Positions 26,176-39,256 are shown, numbered from the whole stretch's first letter. The stretch is DNA of 63,865 nt, filler included, from Stramenopiles sp. TOSAG23-2 (GCA_900128395.1; 27 parts of 27 records of this genome joined end to end with filler, not necessarily neighbours in it); one strand, 5' to 3'. Notes: generated by a model from the letters alone, not told the origin. Numbers and translations are program-made.

Positions 26176-27350
26176 TTTGTATAGTTGGTGGACCAACGAT
26201 GTCTAGTATATGGTTTCCAGTACATGAGCGTATAACTGCACAGGCAATAGCATCTGTATCGACATTTCTTGGTGCAGTTGCTGCATTTATATTAGGACCA
26301 ATGATCACAGTTGATAATACAAAAAATGATGTGAAAAGTACACAAGAACGTATCATGACATTGTATTATGTAGAAGCATCTATTGCATTATTTACATTAA
26401 TCTGTTCATTGATCTATTTTCCAAATGAACCAACATATCCACCAACATTAAGTGCTGCATTGAAACGTCGTCAACAGAATAAGAACAACAATACACAGAT
26501 GATGTACCATGATCCACAAGAAGTGGAAGAAGAACAATCAGCTATACGAAAAGAAGATAATACAATTTATCGAAAAACATGGTTGGAATATTTATCAAAT
26601 AATAAAATAAAACGTTTTCTATATTTAAACATTGCAATTTCATTGCCATTAGGTTTATATCAAGCGTGGTCCTCTGTATTAGATTTGAATTTACAAGAAT
26701 TTGGTATTACGACGATTGAATCTGCATGGATAGGATGTTGGATGACATTATCTGGATGCCTTGCTAGTATTATTGTTGCGAGGTATATGGATCGTTTTAA
26801 TGGCATTTTAAAAACATGTTGCGTCGTTTCATTATTATTAGCATCCTTGTTTTTATTTTGGTTTAATGAATTATTAAAAACAACTGATGGTAATAGTGAT
26901 CAAAGTGATGTAGATCGACAAAGTCGTATTGCATGGTTGTATTTCACAATCATATGTACTGGATTCTTTGTAAATATATCCATACCATTGCAATTTGAAT
27001 TAGTTGTTGAAACTGTTTATGGTATCATGTCTGAATCAATGGCATTGGCGATATGTACAATTACAAATACAATATTACAAATTATTTTTCTAGCATTGCC
27101 AACGAAAATAGATGGTAGTAGTATTTGGATGAATTGGACATCATTATGTGCCGTGATTATCTGTGTTGTAATGATGATTTTATATCAAGTTGATTATACT
27201 CGATTGAAATTAGATACAACACATTTAATTAAACAAGAAGATGGGGGAGAGATGGGGGAAGCAGAAGATGATGAAAGTGGGAGAAGGAGTGATGTAGATG
27301 ATGATAATGATGACATTGGTTTTTGGTTTGATCGTTTTGGATATATATAA
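26176..27350 (+). CDS. MFS transporter of the SLC49 (FLVCR/DIRC2) family, 5' partial
   Basis: SSIWFPVHERITA, FPNEPTYPPTLSA, PLQFELVVETVY and multiple TM helices. Confidence 0.85.
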
Positions 27351-27368
27351 CATTTTGAATTGTGTATA

Positions 27369-28442
27369 TCAAACAATAGCAATCCATTCCTCTGTAATTA
27401 ACCCTTCTTTACTAGCAATGGTATACATATACCCTTTTTCTTTAACGAAATTGCCTAAATCCAATAATGTATCTTTCACATCTTTCCATGTAATTTTCAT
27501 TTCCTCTGGTCGTATATCAATACCACATCCATTTTTAACAACATCTAATACCCATTCTGGACGATTGTTTTGTAATAAGGAACCTAAATAAATACCAAGC
27601 ATGACGGGATAACCATGTATAAAATGTTTCCTAGTACGATGTTCTAATGCATAAAAAAATAAATGATCAAATCCTTCCAATGGCCTTGGATTCCATCCAA
27701 ATGCATGGAATGCAGCACCACCAAATTGAAATGAATTGCAAATGATACGTATACCTTTCTCACTCATTGCTTTGATTTCAGGTAAATTATTCAATAATGA
27801 ATCTAATTTTTCCTTCGCTTGCATTGCAATGTCTTCATCATATGGCCAATTACCAAATTGATTATCTTTCTCTGAAAGTTTCCAATCAAAATCAGCAGTA
27901 TGAAAACATAACACATCGCCAACACCACTTAAATTTAAACGTTTTGGTGCATTTTGAACGATGCCATAATCAATATATACGGCTTTTGGTATGGCAAAAC
28001 CAACATATCGAACGACACCATCATATCGTATAGCTGCACGATGTCCCCATGGCGCATCTACTGTTAATGCAGTTGGTATTTGAAACAATGGTACGGAGGA
28101 ACCTAATAACCAATTAAAATATTTAGCTACATCAATTGCTTGTCCACCACCCAATCCTATTATGCAGCGTATATTATTCCCATTGCTCTTTGCATTCGTT
28201 TCAGTTGTTTGTAAATCTTTTTGCAATACTTTTGCTTCCAATGAGGTAACAAAATATACTTCATAATCATCTTTATTTGGAAATGCATTGGAAAAAAATG
28301 GCATATTCCATAAATCTTTCATGGTAACAATAATATATGTTGGACATGCAATATCTTTTATTTCTTGTAATAAACCACGGCCGTATATGGTATTAAATGG
28401 GATTGGATTGGATAGAAATGTATTGTTTGTTTTTGTTGTCAT
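27369..28442 (-). CDS. Glycerol-1-phosphate dehydrogenase-like (EgsA/AraM; dehydroquinate synthase-like/Fe-ADH superfamily) enzyme
   Basis: IIGLGGGQAIDVAKY, IPTALTVDA, PKAVYIDYGIVQNAPKRLNLSGVGD, EGFDHLFFYALE and HGYPVMLG. Confidence 0.78.
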   Translation of the reverse strand: MTTKTNNTFLSNPIPFNTIYGRGLLQEIKDIACPTYIIVTMKDLWNMPFFSNAFPNKDDYEVYFVTSLEAKVLQKDLQTTETNAKSNGNNIRCIIGLGGGQAIDVAKYFNWLLGSSVPLFQIPTALTVDAPWGHRAAIRYDGVVRYVGFAIPKAVYIDYGIVQNAPKRLNLSGVGDVLCFHTADFDWKLSEKDNQFGNWPYDEDIAMQAKEKLDSLLNNLPEIKAMSEKGIRIICNSFQFGGAAFHAFGWNPRPLEGFDHLFFYALEHRTRKHFIHGYPVMLGIYLGSLLQNNRPEWVLDVVKNGCGIDIRPEEMKITWKDVKDTLLDLGNFVKEKGYMYTIASKEGLITEEWIAIV

Positions 28443-28700
28443 CGATGNNNNNNNNNNNNNNNNNNNNNNNNNNNNNNNNNNNNNNNNNNNNTTAATTAAT
28501 TAANNNNNNNNNNNNNNNNNNNNNNNNNNNNNNNNNNNNNNNNNNNNATTTAAGGAGAGTATGATATTGGTCTAACTTTTTATGTACCAATAACATGTCT
28601 AATATTTCTTTATGATAGGGAAAATCGGAACAAAAAAAACCCTAACATGGAGATACCATTATAACAGGAACACAGCATTATACTATGGACATAGCATTCA

Positions 28701-28758
28701 TGTCGCAAAATCAATAATTTTGCGACACATGTCGCAAAATCAAAATCATTTTGCGACA
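28701..28758. repeat. Two tandem perfect hairpins with 11-bp stems (TGTCGCAAAAT/ATTTTGCGACA)
   Basis: Stems at 28701-28711/28717-28727 and 28730-28740/28748-28758. Confidence 0.85.
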
Positions 28759-28991
28759 CGCTAGCATTACACAGGCCTATTTAAACTTTTGCAACATGTG
28801 TCGCAAATAATTTACAGGGCACACAGCACTTATGTCGGTAAGAGGTAAAAATTCCATTTTCGTGTCACAATAGTCCTCTGTTTTATTTTTTAGGCCGTAC
28901 ATATCATAGGAAAAAATTGTGACATGGTTACCGACATGTCGGTGCCAACCCTGCTGGGCCTGCCCATATCCCAAACCCTCTGATAAAATAA

Positions 28992-29180
28992 TTTTTTCAC
29001 ATGATAGGTAGTTAGACTACAAATAGAAAAAATATTTTTTCACATGATAGATAGTTAGACTATAAATAGAAAAAATATTTTTTCACATTATAGGTACTTA
29101 GACTACAAATAGAAAAAATATTTTTTCACATGATAGGTACTTAGACTATAAATAGAAAAAATATTTTTTCACATTATAGG
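28992..29180. repeat. 43-bp minisatellite, about 4.4 copies, plus a solo copy near 30683-30720
   Basis: aaatagaaaaaatattttttcaca.. starts at 29021, 29064, 29107 and 29150. Confidence 0.9.
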
Positions 29181-29239
29181 TCAGTGAGATCAACTTCCGC
29201 TTAGCCTAATTTTGATGCAAGATATTTTAATGCAGCAAA

Positions 29240-30130
29240 TCAGCGATATTTTGGTACTGTTGTCTCAAAATCAAAAGAAACTTTTACAAGTCCAAAATCG
29301 ACACAGTAATTATTGATTGTGGGTGTTGTTAGCTCACAATCATGGTCGTCGTATGGGGGGGTTTCCCAGACTGTTAGCACCTTCTCCAAAGCGTCATACT
29401 TGTATAGAGTTGCATATCCACCTCCACAAAACCAGCAATGACTTTGAGCCTCACTTCCAACACAAGTACAATCCTCACCGGCGTATGTTCGATTGTGAAT
29501 TGTACGATAAATTTTTCGGTTTAATGAAGGATACATCAGGTTGTTTTTTCGAATTTTGCACTGCTTGAGGCAGTCAAACCGAATCGTGTGCCAATCCTCT
29601 GGTACCTGGGCAATAACACAAGGTATTGATTCTAGAAGCCAGGGAGAAATCCATACATCATCTTCAAAAACTAAAAATAAATCTTCTTTATTTCCAAAAC
29701 GAACGAAATGTTTAAGCAGATTTATATTGCTTTTGCGGACACCAACCATACCTTTTAAATACGCTATTCTACCAGCTTTTGAGTGCTCCGTCAGTCTTTC
29801 GCTTACATGTTTAATTTCTGACTTCGTGGCAACAGATGCCTGCCACCTTGTATACTTATGGTGAAGTTGGTCTAGTTGTATTTCCATATGCTTTCTTCTA
29901 TCCTGACTTTTTTGTAAATTTATATAAAAAATATGTAGCGCGCTGGCCTCTAACGGCAAGGCACAACCCAGTCTGACAAATTGCCTTCCTAGAGAAAGCC
30001 ATTTCAATAAGTGCCATAGTGCCACGACAATAGTAAATACAACAAATATAACAAGCGACTTACGACAGCCGCCTTTTCGTTGACGTCTTTGGTTTAGTTT
30101 CAACCATTTGCTGGCTGGTCGATAAACCAT
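29240..30130 (-). CDS. Glycosyltransferase family 25-like type II membrane protein
   Basis: N-terminal TM, IFYINLQKSQDRRKHM, LVFEDDV, VPEDWHTIRF and GGGYATLY. Confidence 0.8.
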   Translation of the reverse strand: MVYRPASKWLKLNQRRQRKGGCRKSLVIFVVFTIVVALWHLLKWLSLGRQFVRLGCALPLEASALHIFYINLQKSQDRRKHMEIQLDQLHHKYTRWQASVATKSEIKHVSERLTEHSKAGRIAYLKGMVGVRKSNINLLKHFVRFGNKEDLFLVFEDDVWISPWLLESIPCVIAQVPEDWHTIRFDCLKQCKIRKNNLMYPSLNRKIYRTIHNRTYAGEDCTCVGSEAQSHCWFCGGGYATLYKYDALEKVLTVWETPPYDDHDCELTTPTINNYCVDFGLVKVSFDFETTVPKYR

Positions 30131-30916
30131 GGATCGCTAGGAGGAAACTTGTTTGAAAAACTTCAAAATGCTAGATTTTTAGCGTTGTTCTAGGACTCGG
30201 CTGCAATAGGGTTTTGTCAACAAATAAATTATCTTACCAAATCTGTTCCATTCGAAGAAAGGCTTCTATTTTTTCGCATCTGTCGCTACCAGAATACAAA
30301 TTAGGATGTATGAATCGGTGGTTTACTACCAACAACTTGCGGTCTTTTCGTCCATTGTTTATTTTTTGTTTCTCATGATGATGATTATTATTGACATGAT
30401 GATGATGATAATATACTACTGTATAGAATAAATAATAGTAGTCTACTCAAGATAATCTGGACTTCACTGTATTTTACTAATAATATTATTATTCCTGCCT
30501 TATATAGCCTTATTGAACTTATAGGTAGGCAGAGTTTTAAATGATGGCGCCAGGAATTCCTCTTTGATAGCGCCCAGCTATATTATAGCCCAGCTAGAGC
30601 TACGAGGCTAGCTCGAGCGCTCGAGCTAATATATAGCTTAATTTAGCTTTTATTTATATAGTAGTGAGTACGGTAGCTCTATGACTACAAATAGAAAAAT
30701 TATTTTTTCACATTATAGGTTGATTTAAGCATATCCCATATTAGGATGCCTTACATGTTGTTGTCGGGATTTTTTGAAATTTCATTGGTAAATTAAGTAT
30801 CAATTTAGTATACTAANNNNNNNNNNNNNNNNNNNNNNNNNNNNNNNNNNNNNNNNNNNNTTAATTAATTAANNNNNNNNNNNNNNNNNNNNNNNNNNNN
30901 NNNNNNNNNNNNNNNN

Positions 30917-31281
30917 AACAACAACTACAAATGAAGAAACAAGATGATAATGGTATGCAAGACATTAATCCACCATCAATAGCAATGTGTTTAAATAGTG
31001 GTGTAGGTACAGATTCATTATTATGGGAAGAAACAATACAATTATTATTAGCAGAGGAAGATGTTACATTACGATTAACATCATTTGATGAATTAGATAG
31101 TCAAATGGATTGCAATGCACTAGATACATTTCAATCGAACTCATCATTGCATGATGAACGTCAAACATATATCAATCCATTTGGTAGTACAATGGGTGAA
31201 ATACGAACTGGTAAACAAGGGGAAGCATCTGCTATACCACGTGTTGGTTATTCCAATTGTTTCATACATTCATACCATTAA
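30917..31281 (+). CDS. Hypothetical protein, C-terminal fragment
   Basis: Protein-like frame running from the contig edge to the stop at 31281. Confidence 0.45.
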
Positions 31282-31542
31282 TCAATACATCAGAGGATGG
31301 GAGCAGTGATGATTATCATATATATAAAGAAGGGAGCGGAAAGGTGTGATGGGATGGAGATGTATATATATTATATATATATACCTCTAGTAGAGATGTG
31401 TGTACGAAATATACTTTTTTATAAAATGTATAAATATGCATAAGAAATAATATGTACACTTTACATTTATTCACTTAATGAATTGCCCATCAATAATATC
31501 GAAAGAACATGTGTGCAATTGGAGATCTACATTTTTATTAAA

Positions 31543-32460
31543 TCACTTCGCAATACCAAATCTAATTAATAAATCAATTAACTTGTTGTATTCAAATGTT
31601 TTTGCACGTGTTAATGGTGTATGTCCATAACAATTCGTTTGTTCCAATGAATCATGAATATCATTTAAGTGATGATGTAATAAATATTCTATCACATCAT
31701 ATGAATTGTTTCTACATCCAGCTAAAAATGGTGTTGTTTGATATTGATCCATTTGATTATATTTCAATGGCACCATATCATTAACATCATTCAATGCTAA
31801 TGCATCACTTCCATTTACATTTACATTCAATGAACTGCTTTCAATTAACAATTTTAAATCATTTAATTTATTCATACAGCATAATATAAAAAATGGTGTC
31901 TCGCCATTATCATTACTTTGATTGAAATCAATCAAGGGTGTATTTAATAATAATTTAATAATATTACTATTTGCAACACTAGTAGGACCAGCACATGCAA
32001 TCGTTAATGCAGTTTCACCTTTTTCTTTACCTTTTTCAACCGTTTTATTTACATTGATGTTGTTTGTTTGTAATAATAATTGTACATTTCTATCAAAACC
32101 CTGTTGTATTGCAATATGTAACGGTGTCATACCATTCATTTTATCGACTTTATTCACATCAATTGTATCTTGTGCCAATAATTTTTTGATCTTGTTGTAA
32201 TGTTCTCCTTCTCGTTTCGTTGTCTCCTGTTGTTGTTGCTGATTGTTATTGGTAGTAGTATCAGGTGGAATAATGGCATTACATGTTTCACATAATTCAT
32301 ATAAAATTGTTTTACCATTTGGTTGATAATTATTAATTACATCATCATCATCATTATCATTTAATATTATTATATTTTTCTTTATATTCTTACTTATCTT
32401 TGTGAAAATGAAAGATACATATGTATTTTCATGTTTATTTTTCATTACCATCGATGTCAT
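31543..32460 (-). CDS. Ankyrin-repeat protein
   Basis: GMTPLHIAI, GETALTIAC, GETPFFILC, TTPFLAGC and GHTPLTRA. Confidence 0.9.
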   Translation of the reverse strand: MTSMVMKNKHENTYVSFIFTKISKNIKKNIIILNDNDDDDVINNYQPNGKTILYELCETCNAIIPPDTTTNNNQQQQQETTKREGEHYNKIKKLLAQDTIDVNKVDKMNGMTPLHIAIQQGFDRNVQLLLQTNNINVNKTVEKGKEKGETALTIACAGPTSVANSNIIKLLLNTPLIDFNQSNDNGETPFFILCCMNKLNDLKLLIESSSLNVNVNGSDALALNDVNDMVPLKYNQMDQYQTTPFLAGCRNNSYDVIEYLLHHHLNDIHDSLEQTNCYGHTPLTRAKTFEYNKLIDLLIRFGIAK

Positions 32461-32689
32461 CTTTTGTTTCTAAAATATTTTTATTTTGTTTTTTGTTTTT
32501 CTACATATTTCTATACATCATCTAACACACCGACATCACGAAATGTTATTATTAATCAACACGCACAACAACAAAAAGCACAACAATTTATTTTGTGTTG
32601 TTGGTGATGAATGAATATATAGAAGTAGAGAGAGAGAGGAATGATAGATGATAGAAATATAAAACAACAAAAAAGAAAAAAATAATATT

Positions 32690-33030
32690 AAACGATACAT
32701 ATATATAACTAAGTGGAAATTGATTATCATACATTTATACATACTATTATATTTATCAAAAGAAAAATAATATTATAAACGATATATATATATATATATA
32801 TATAACAAAGTGGAAATTGATTATCATACATTTATACATACTATTATATTTATCAAAAGAAAAATAATATTATAAACGATATATATATATATATATATAT
32901 AACAAAGTGGAAATTGATTATCATACATTTATACATACTATTATATTTATCAAAAGAAAAATAATATTAAACGATATATATATATATATAACAAAGTGGA
33001 AATTCTTCGATTATCATACATTTATATACT
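32690..33030. repeat. ~97-bp AT-rich tandem repeat, about 3.5 copies
   Basis: aagtggaaattgattatcatacatttatac recurs near 32711, 32807, 32905 and 32994. Confidence 0.85.
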
Positions 33031-33285
33031 ACGGACAAAATTATATATATATATATATATTATTATATACATATATCACGAGATTTTGTTTATATAATAA
33101 TATAGAATAAGAATTAGGGTAATTTAACGAACAGACAAAATGTGCATTGGTGAAACATTTTGTGGAAAAGATTCCGATGAAGTANNNNNNNNNNNNNNNN
33201 NNNNNNNNNNNNNNNNNNNNNNNNNNNNTTAATTAATTAANNNNNNNNNNNNNNNNNNNNNNNNNNNNNNNNNNNNNNNNNNNNG

Positions 33286-33318
<33 letters not shown>

Positions 33319-33383
33319 CCAATCCAATACATCATTATCGTCCCTTTTCATTCATTCAATTTATCAAACATAATAATAATAAA

Positions 33384-34241
33384 ATGGCAGCAATATTAGA
33401 TGGAATACAAGATCGTTTCAATGGTATTACTGTTACAACATTTCCAAATGATGCAATTTTGTTTAATGAACAATTAAAAAATAGTTTACAACGTTGGATT
33501 GAAAATAAAAATGCTGGAATATGGTTAAAAATTCCAATTGATAAGACGGTCTGTGTACCAGTTGCCATATCGCAAGGATTTGAAGTACACCATGCACAAA
33601 AAGAATACATTATGTTAACGAAATGGTTACCAACCGATGTACCAAATTTATTACCCAAATATGCAACGCATTACATTGGTATTGGTGGATTAGTTTTAAA
33701 TTCAAAAAATCAAATTTTATGTGTAGCTGAACGATTTGCAAGGGATAATAAGACCAGATTTAAATTACCTGGTGGATTAATTGATGCTGGCGAATCATTA
33801 GCTGCTGGCGTTGAACGTGAAGTCTTTGAAGAAACTGGATTGAAAGTAAAGTTTGAAAATGTTACCAGTTTCCGTCATAATTTGGATTACCCAGGTGGAT
33901 TTGGAAACTCGGATATGTACTTTTGTGCACGTTGCAAACCAATTGATGAAAATCAACAAATTAAATTGGATTCAAATGAAATTGCAAAATGTGAATGGGT
34001 CAATGTAGCTGATTTTTTAAAAAATCCAGATGTTTATTCATTTAATAAAGTGATTGTTGACATTGCTATGCAAAAAAGTAAAGTTGCTGGAGAAGGATTA
34101 GGAATGGTCAAAGATGATTTGGATACTAAAACTGGTGCATTAGCATCATATTATAAAAAAGGTGCGCATGTATATCATGTTGGTCCACATCGTAATGTAA
34201 ATGATCTAGTAGTTCCTTCATCTGGTACACAAAAATTGTAA
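33384..34241 (+). CDS. NUDT6: Nudix hydrolase, NUDT6-like
   Basis: DRFNGITV, SL.RW.....GIWLKIP, GFEVHHA, WLP....LP.YATH.IGIGG and Nudix box GGLIDAGESLAAGVEREVFEETGL. Confidence 0.9.
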   Translation: MAAILDGIQDRFNGITVTTFPNDAILFNEQLKNSLQRWIENKNAGIWLKIPIDKTVCVPVAISQGFEVHHAQKEYIMLTKWLPTDVPNLLPKYATHYIGIGGLVLNSKNQILCVAERFARDNKTRFKLPGGLIDAGESLAAGVEREVFEETGLKVKFENVTSFRHNLDYPGGFGNSDMYFCARCKPIDENQQIKLDSNEIAKCEWVNVADFLKNPDVYSFNKVIVDIAMQKSKVAGEGLGMVKDDLDTKTGALASYYKKGAHVYHVGPHRNVNDLVVPSSGTQKL

Positions 34242-35652
34242 TAGAAATTAATGTTTTTGAAACAAAGACGTTTTATTACACCATTTTTTTTACCAAAAAC
34301 ATAAATTTAATATAAATTTTTTTAAATTAACCAAGCTGGGCAAGCCAGCAAGATATAAATTTACATTTTTTTTTCAGAGATGCAGATATTAATATTATAT
34401 TGGTACTCGCACTCGGCACCTCGAGCAGTATATTTTTATATATAATGTGCCAAGTTGATGTATGGCTATATATATAAATTTTACATTATTTATAGTTATA
34501 TTGACCTTAAATTAGGCACTTTTTTGATAGAATACGAAAATATACTAAATTATTATAATTCATGTATTAATTGTGCATTAATGATATAGTAAAGCGATGA
34601 GATGTAATAATTTCAGTCAATTTTGGTGAAGATGAGAATTGGATGCCACCTGCTATTCCCATATACTACTAAATCACCAACCCGACGTTTTAAGTTTTTT
34701 GAGATCTGTGATGCATGCTGCTGTCTCATTTTACAAGCCGGCAAGGATACATTTATGTATATATTTGTTGTATAGAAGAGTACTTTTTTTAATATATGAC
34801 ATGTAGTTTTTTGTAGATACATATACGTATATAGATGCCCCCATTCTCAAAATAATAATAATACAGTAATAATAATAGTAGCCGCCTATCGACCGAATGC
34901 ACACCAAATATAATTTTCAAAATTGATAATATTAGTATTTCTTATATTACTTTGTAGACGGTATATCTTTGTAATTGTCCATCTTTTTTGTAAATGGTAT
35001 GCGAGTAATATTATATATGTATGATTTATGTTACAGTTTGTTACCAATGTAACTATATAACTTGTTTGTTCTTCTATTTTTTAACATATAGATTGAAAGA
35101 TTGAAAGTGTGTAAATATATATATATATATATGGTAAAAGGAGAGAAGCAAGACGTAGAAGACGAGACACCAGTAGTGTGAAGGGACCGAGTATATATAT
35201 GGTGTGTGATTCAACACACAGCACCACATGTGTACAGTGTACATATTAGACTATACTATTAATATTACTATATACCATTAGAGCTATTATAAGAGGATCG
35301 CAATACAAAAGAAAAGCCATAAATAAAAAACAAACCATGCGGGCATGATGTGTACGAAAAAACAAACAGCACATTTGATTTAAAGGTAGCTACGATGCTA
35401 CGATTGTTAAATTTAGATCGCCCAAAACTGGCGGGGTCTAATTAGTACAAATTTAGTATACTATAGATATTTGATAGGTAGATCTTTGGAGATAATAAAT
35501 TCATAAAATCCAAAAATGACCAATGTTAATTGGATGAAAATATCTAGAATATNNNNNNNNNNNNNNNNNNNNNNNNNNNNNNNNNNNNNNNNNNNNTTAA
35601 TTAATTAANNNNNNNNNNNNNNNNNNNNNNNNNNNNNNNNNNNNNNNNNNNN

Positions 35653-37907
35653 CTCAAATGCTTCTTTTCTTTTCGAAATTGTTGTTTACTTTCTTCTACC
35701 GATCTTTGTATTGAATTTTCTGAATTACGAAGACGTGACATAACTCTTTTCTGATCATTAACTAGACGTTTTTGCTGCTCTAAAATGCTTTTTTTTGAAC
35801 TTTCATGTGTAGCTTCCATTTTTTTTCGCAGTTGCCATGATTTTGTGATTTGTGCTTTCAATTTTGTAATTTCTTCGTTTTGTTTCGTTACATACGCCTT
35901 TAATTTCATAATTATCGTATCGTTATCATCATCGCTTGTTATATTATCTATAGCAGCAATATTGGTATTGCTATTATCCATACTATTTTTTCTTTTTAAT
36001 TTTTTCGCCACAGGACTATTTTTCACTTTTTTCAACGTTGATTTCAATTGTTTTATTTGTGTCTTAAAAGATTCAATTTGATCATTTTGCTTTGCTATAT
36101 GTTCATCTTTCTTTTCTATTTTAATATTTAACGTTAATATTTGTTCATTGACACGTTTCATTTTTTCATTATTCCCATTTTCAAAATTTTTCAATGCTTG
36201 TAATTCAACTTGTAACTCAGTATATTCTAACTCGTAACGCCTTGCAACATTGAGCTTTTCTTTCGTACGTTTCAATTCAGAAGTCAACATTTTTTTCTCT
36301 ATTATTAGACTTTTTACTTGATCAATTGTAATATTGTTTATTCGTTGTTTTTGAGTTATTATCTTCTCTTGAAAAATATTTTGAAATTTATTTACTTCTA
36401 TTTCATTCAAACAAATTATATTTTTAATTTGCTCTCGGCAATGTTTATCAAATTTATTATATTTTTCCATTTGCTTTTCTAATTTTGCATTATAATCTAC
36501 TTTTAATCTTTCTATTTCTTTCTTCAAATTAGCAGTCTCATTTGAATATGTTTCCGCAGATTGATTCGTATTTTCTAATTGAACTAAAGCTTGTTTACTT
36601 TGTGTTTCTAAATTAACAACCATTTCCATTAAATCTTCTTTTTCACTTGATAGAACAGATATATTATCTTTTAATAGTTTGGATTCAGTTTCGTATTTAT
36701 TTGTAAGTGTTTCTATTTTTTCTATATTTTTTTCTTTAATACTTTGCAACTTCGTTTCGAATTCTTTCAATTTACTATTTAAATTTTCATTATCTGTATT
36801 CGCGTCTTTCACTTGTAATTCTAAAATTTCAGTTTGACCTATTAACGTTTTATTCTCGACTTCGTATTCCATAAGTTTTTCTTTCGTCTCCATCAATTCC
36901 ATTTCACTGTCTGCTTTTTTCTCAGCGATACTTTTATTTTTACTTGATTCAATATCTGTAATTGTTGCTTTCAATTTTGACACTTCTTCTTGAAGCATAT
37001 TTATTTCATTTTGTTTATTGATTAAAGTTTGACTATCTTTTTCAACTTGTACCTTTAATGATTCATTATGAGTATTTATTTGCGTTAAATTCTCATTTAA
37101 TAATTTATTACTCTCTCCTAATTGTCTTTTTTCTTTTATAAATTTTTTACTTAAATTAGTCGTAGCATTTGTCTGGTTATCAAGTTGTAAATTTAATGAT
37201 TTTATTTGATTATTTAACGATTGTATCGTTGTATTTAATTTAGATACATCTTCTGAAGAAGAAGATTCGGTTTTTCGATTAATACCATTTTTGTTGGTGG
37301 TGGTGATATTTATTTTGTTATGTTGTTCCATATTATTATTATTATTATTATTAAAAGTAGTATCGTTGATGCTTGTAGGCACCGTCTTTTTGTTATTGCT
37401 GATTTCAGGTGATATATTCAATGCTGGTGATGAGGATGGAGATGGTTCTATTGGATTGGAAACTTTTTTATTTGTTTCAATTGGATCTTTTGATTTAGTT
37501 GATGAGGTAATAATATTCTTCCCGTCAATATTATGATGATTATTATTATTTAAATTATTGCCAGCTTTACGTAAATTATTTCCTTCTTCAATTTTTCTAG
37601 AAAATTCAATAAGTTTATTTGGTTTTTTCAATGTCAAATCAAAGGGTCTTGATTGGCTTGCTTGTTTGATTTTAGTCAATACTTCATTATATCTTAATCC
37701 TTCCACTGATACCCCATTCACTGCAAATATCAATGCACCAGGAAACACACGTGCTTTATAGGCATTGGAGTTTGGTTTCACAGACGCAACTTTTGCATTT
37801 AAATTTTCTTCTTCCCCTTGGCTATTGAATGCAACTAATTTCAATCCAAGTGGTCCTGGACCTGCTATTGTTACTACTTCTACGTTTTGTTTCCTATTGT
37901 CCTCCAT
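35653..37907 (-). CDS. PDZ-domain long coiled-coil protein, 3' partial
   Basis: GPLGLKL...VKPNSNA...GALIFAVNG.SV.G..Y.EV...IK..SRPF.L.L, then an extended heptad region. Confidence 0.85.
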
Positions 37908-38578
37908 CTTTTCTTGATATNNNNNNNNNNNNNNNNNNNNNNNNNNNNNNNNNNNNNNNNNNNNTTAATTAATTAANNNNNNNNNNNNNNNNNNNNNNNN
38001 NNNNNNNNNNNNNNNNNNNNGTACAGTTTTCTCACGGTTTGTACAGTTTTCTCACGGTTTAGAGGGTAGCACTGCGTACAGCATTGTAGGAATACTTTTT
38101 GAAATCGTTGTTGTGTGTCATACTTTTTATTAAAATATATATGAAGTATACATATGTGTATACTAATAGTACTATCAAACCAAATAGGAGTAATAGTATA
38201 CAATTATATGTACTTAATATATTTTTAAAAAAAGTAACGATATTGATCTTTTTTTATAGATTAATTGGTGGCTTTATCATTGTATCCTTATTTGTTACTG
38301 TAATCGATGAATCGTATGAGGAATCCCAAATTGAAGTGGAACAAACTCATGCAAATGATGTTTTTTTATCCAATATACATATACAATTACACAACTTACA
38401 AAAGAAATTGTATTATGATACGACATGGGGTAAACAATTTATACCAAAACCACGTAAATTTGCATTGAAAATGGAAAATTTATTAAAAGCAGCTAAAGTA
38501 TGTAATGGTAATTTTTTTTATATCTATATTTGAATTACAGGTACTAATCGATATATATATATATATATACGTGATAAA

Positions 38579-38634
38579 TATCTTGTATCTTGTATCTTGT
38601 ATCTTGTATCTTGTATCTTGTATCTTGTATCTTG
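38579..38634. repeat. (TATCTTG)n heptamer microsatellite
   Basis: About 8 tandem copies. Confidence 0.9.
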
Positions 38635-39256
38635 TGTCATATTTACGTATCAATACTGGTGCACTTAGTAATAATAAATATTATAGAAAATAGTAAGGCT
38701 TAGAACCAAAGAGGACTAAAAGATTTGTTAGTAGTGCTTTTCTGATATTAATACTAACAAGTATAAGAAAGTGGGAACAGTCCGAGATGTTTCGAGAGGA
38801 AAAATAGGAGTGCTACAGAGTTATACGAGTGGTCCAAAAAAAAAAAGCACTTTTTTTGTACTTAATTTGTAGTGTCAAATTTCTATATGGACGAAATAAC
38901 AGGTATTTATCATCTGGGTCAGAGAGAATTCTCTTTGTCTGGGTAATCTGGTAATACCTGGTACACAATTTAAAAAACATCGAGCTTCTTATTCCTTATT
39001 CTGGCCATTTTTGTTTTGACCACATCAACGGATCAACGAGTGATGAGCACATGAGTGCGGCAAGAGGCAAGAAAAAAAAGAAGTGCAGCAACACACGCAC
39101 ACACGCAGCTAATACGATTTAGATTACTCCCGCGAGTGGTCACGCAACTATTACAGATGATATGGTAGGTACGCGGGGTAATATATGATACATAGATAAA
39201 AACTATAATATTACATGAATAAATACCAGGAATACTATATTACATAAATTATAAAA

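Noticed and set aside
28992-29180. Possible CRISPR array (43-bp periodicity)
   Set aside because: Units are contiguous near-identical repeats without unique spacers, there are no cas genes, and the context is eukaryotic.
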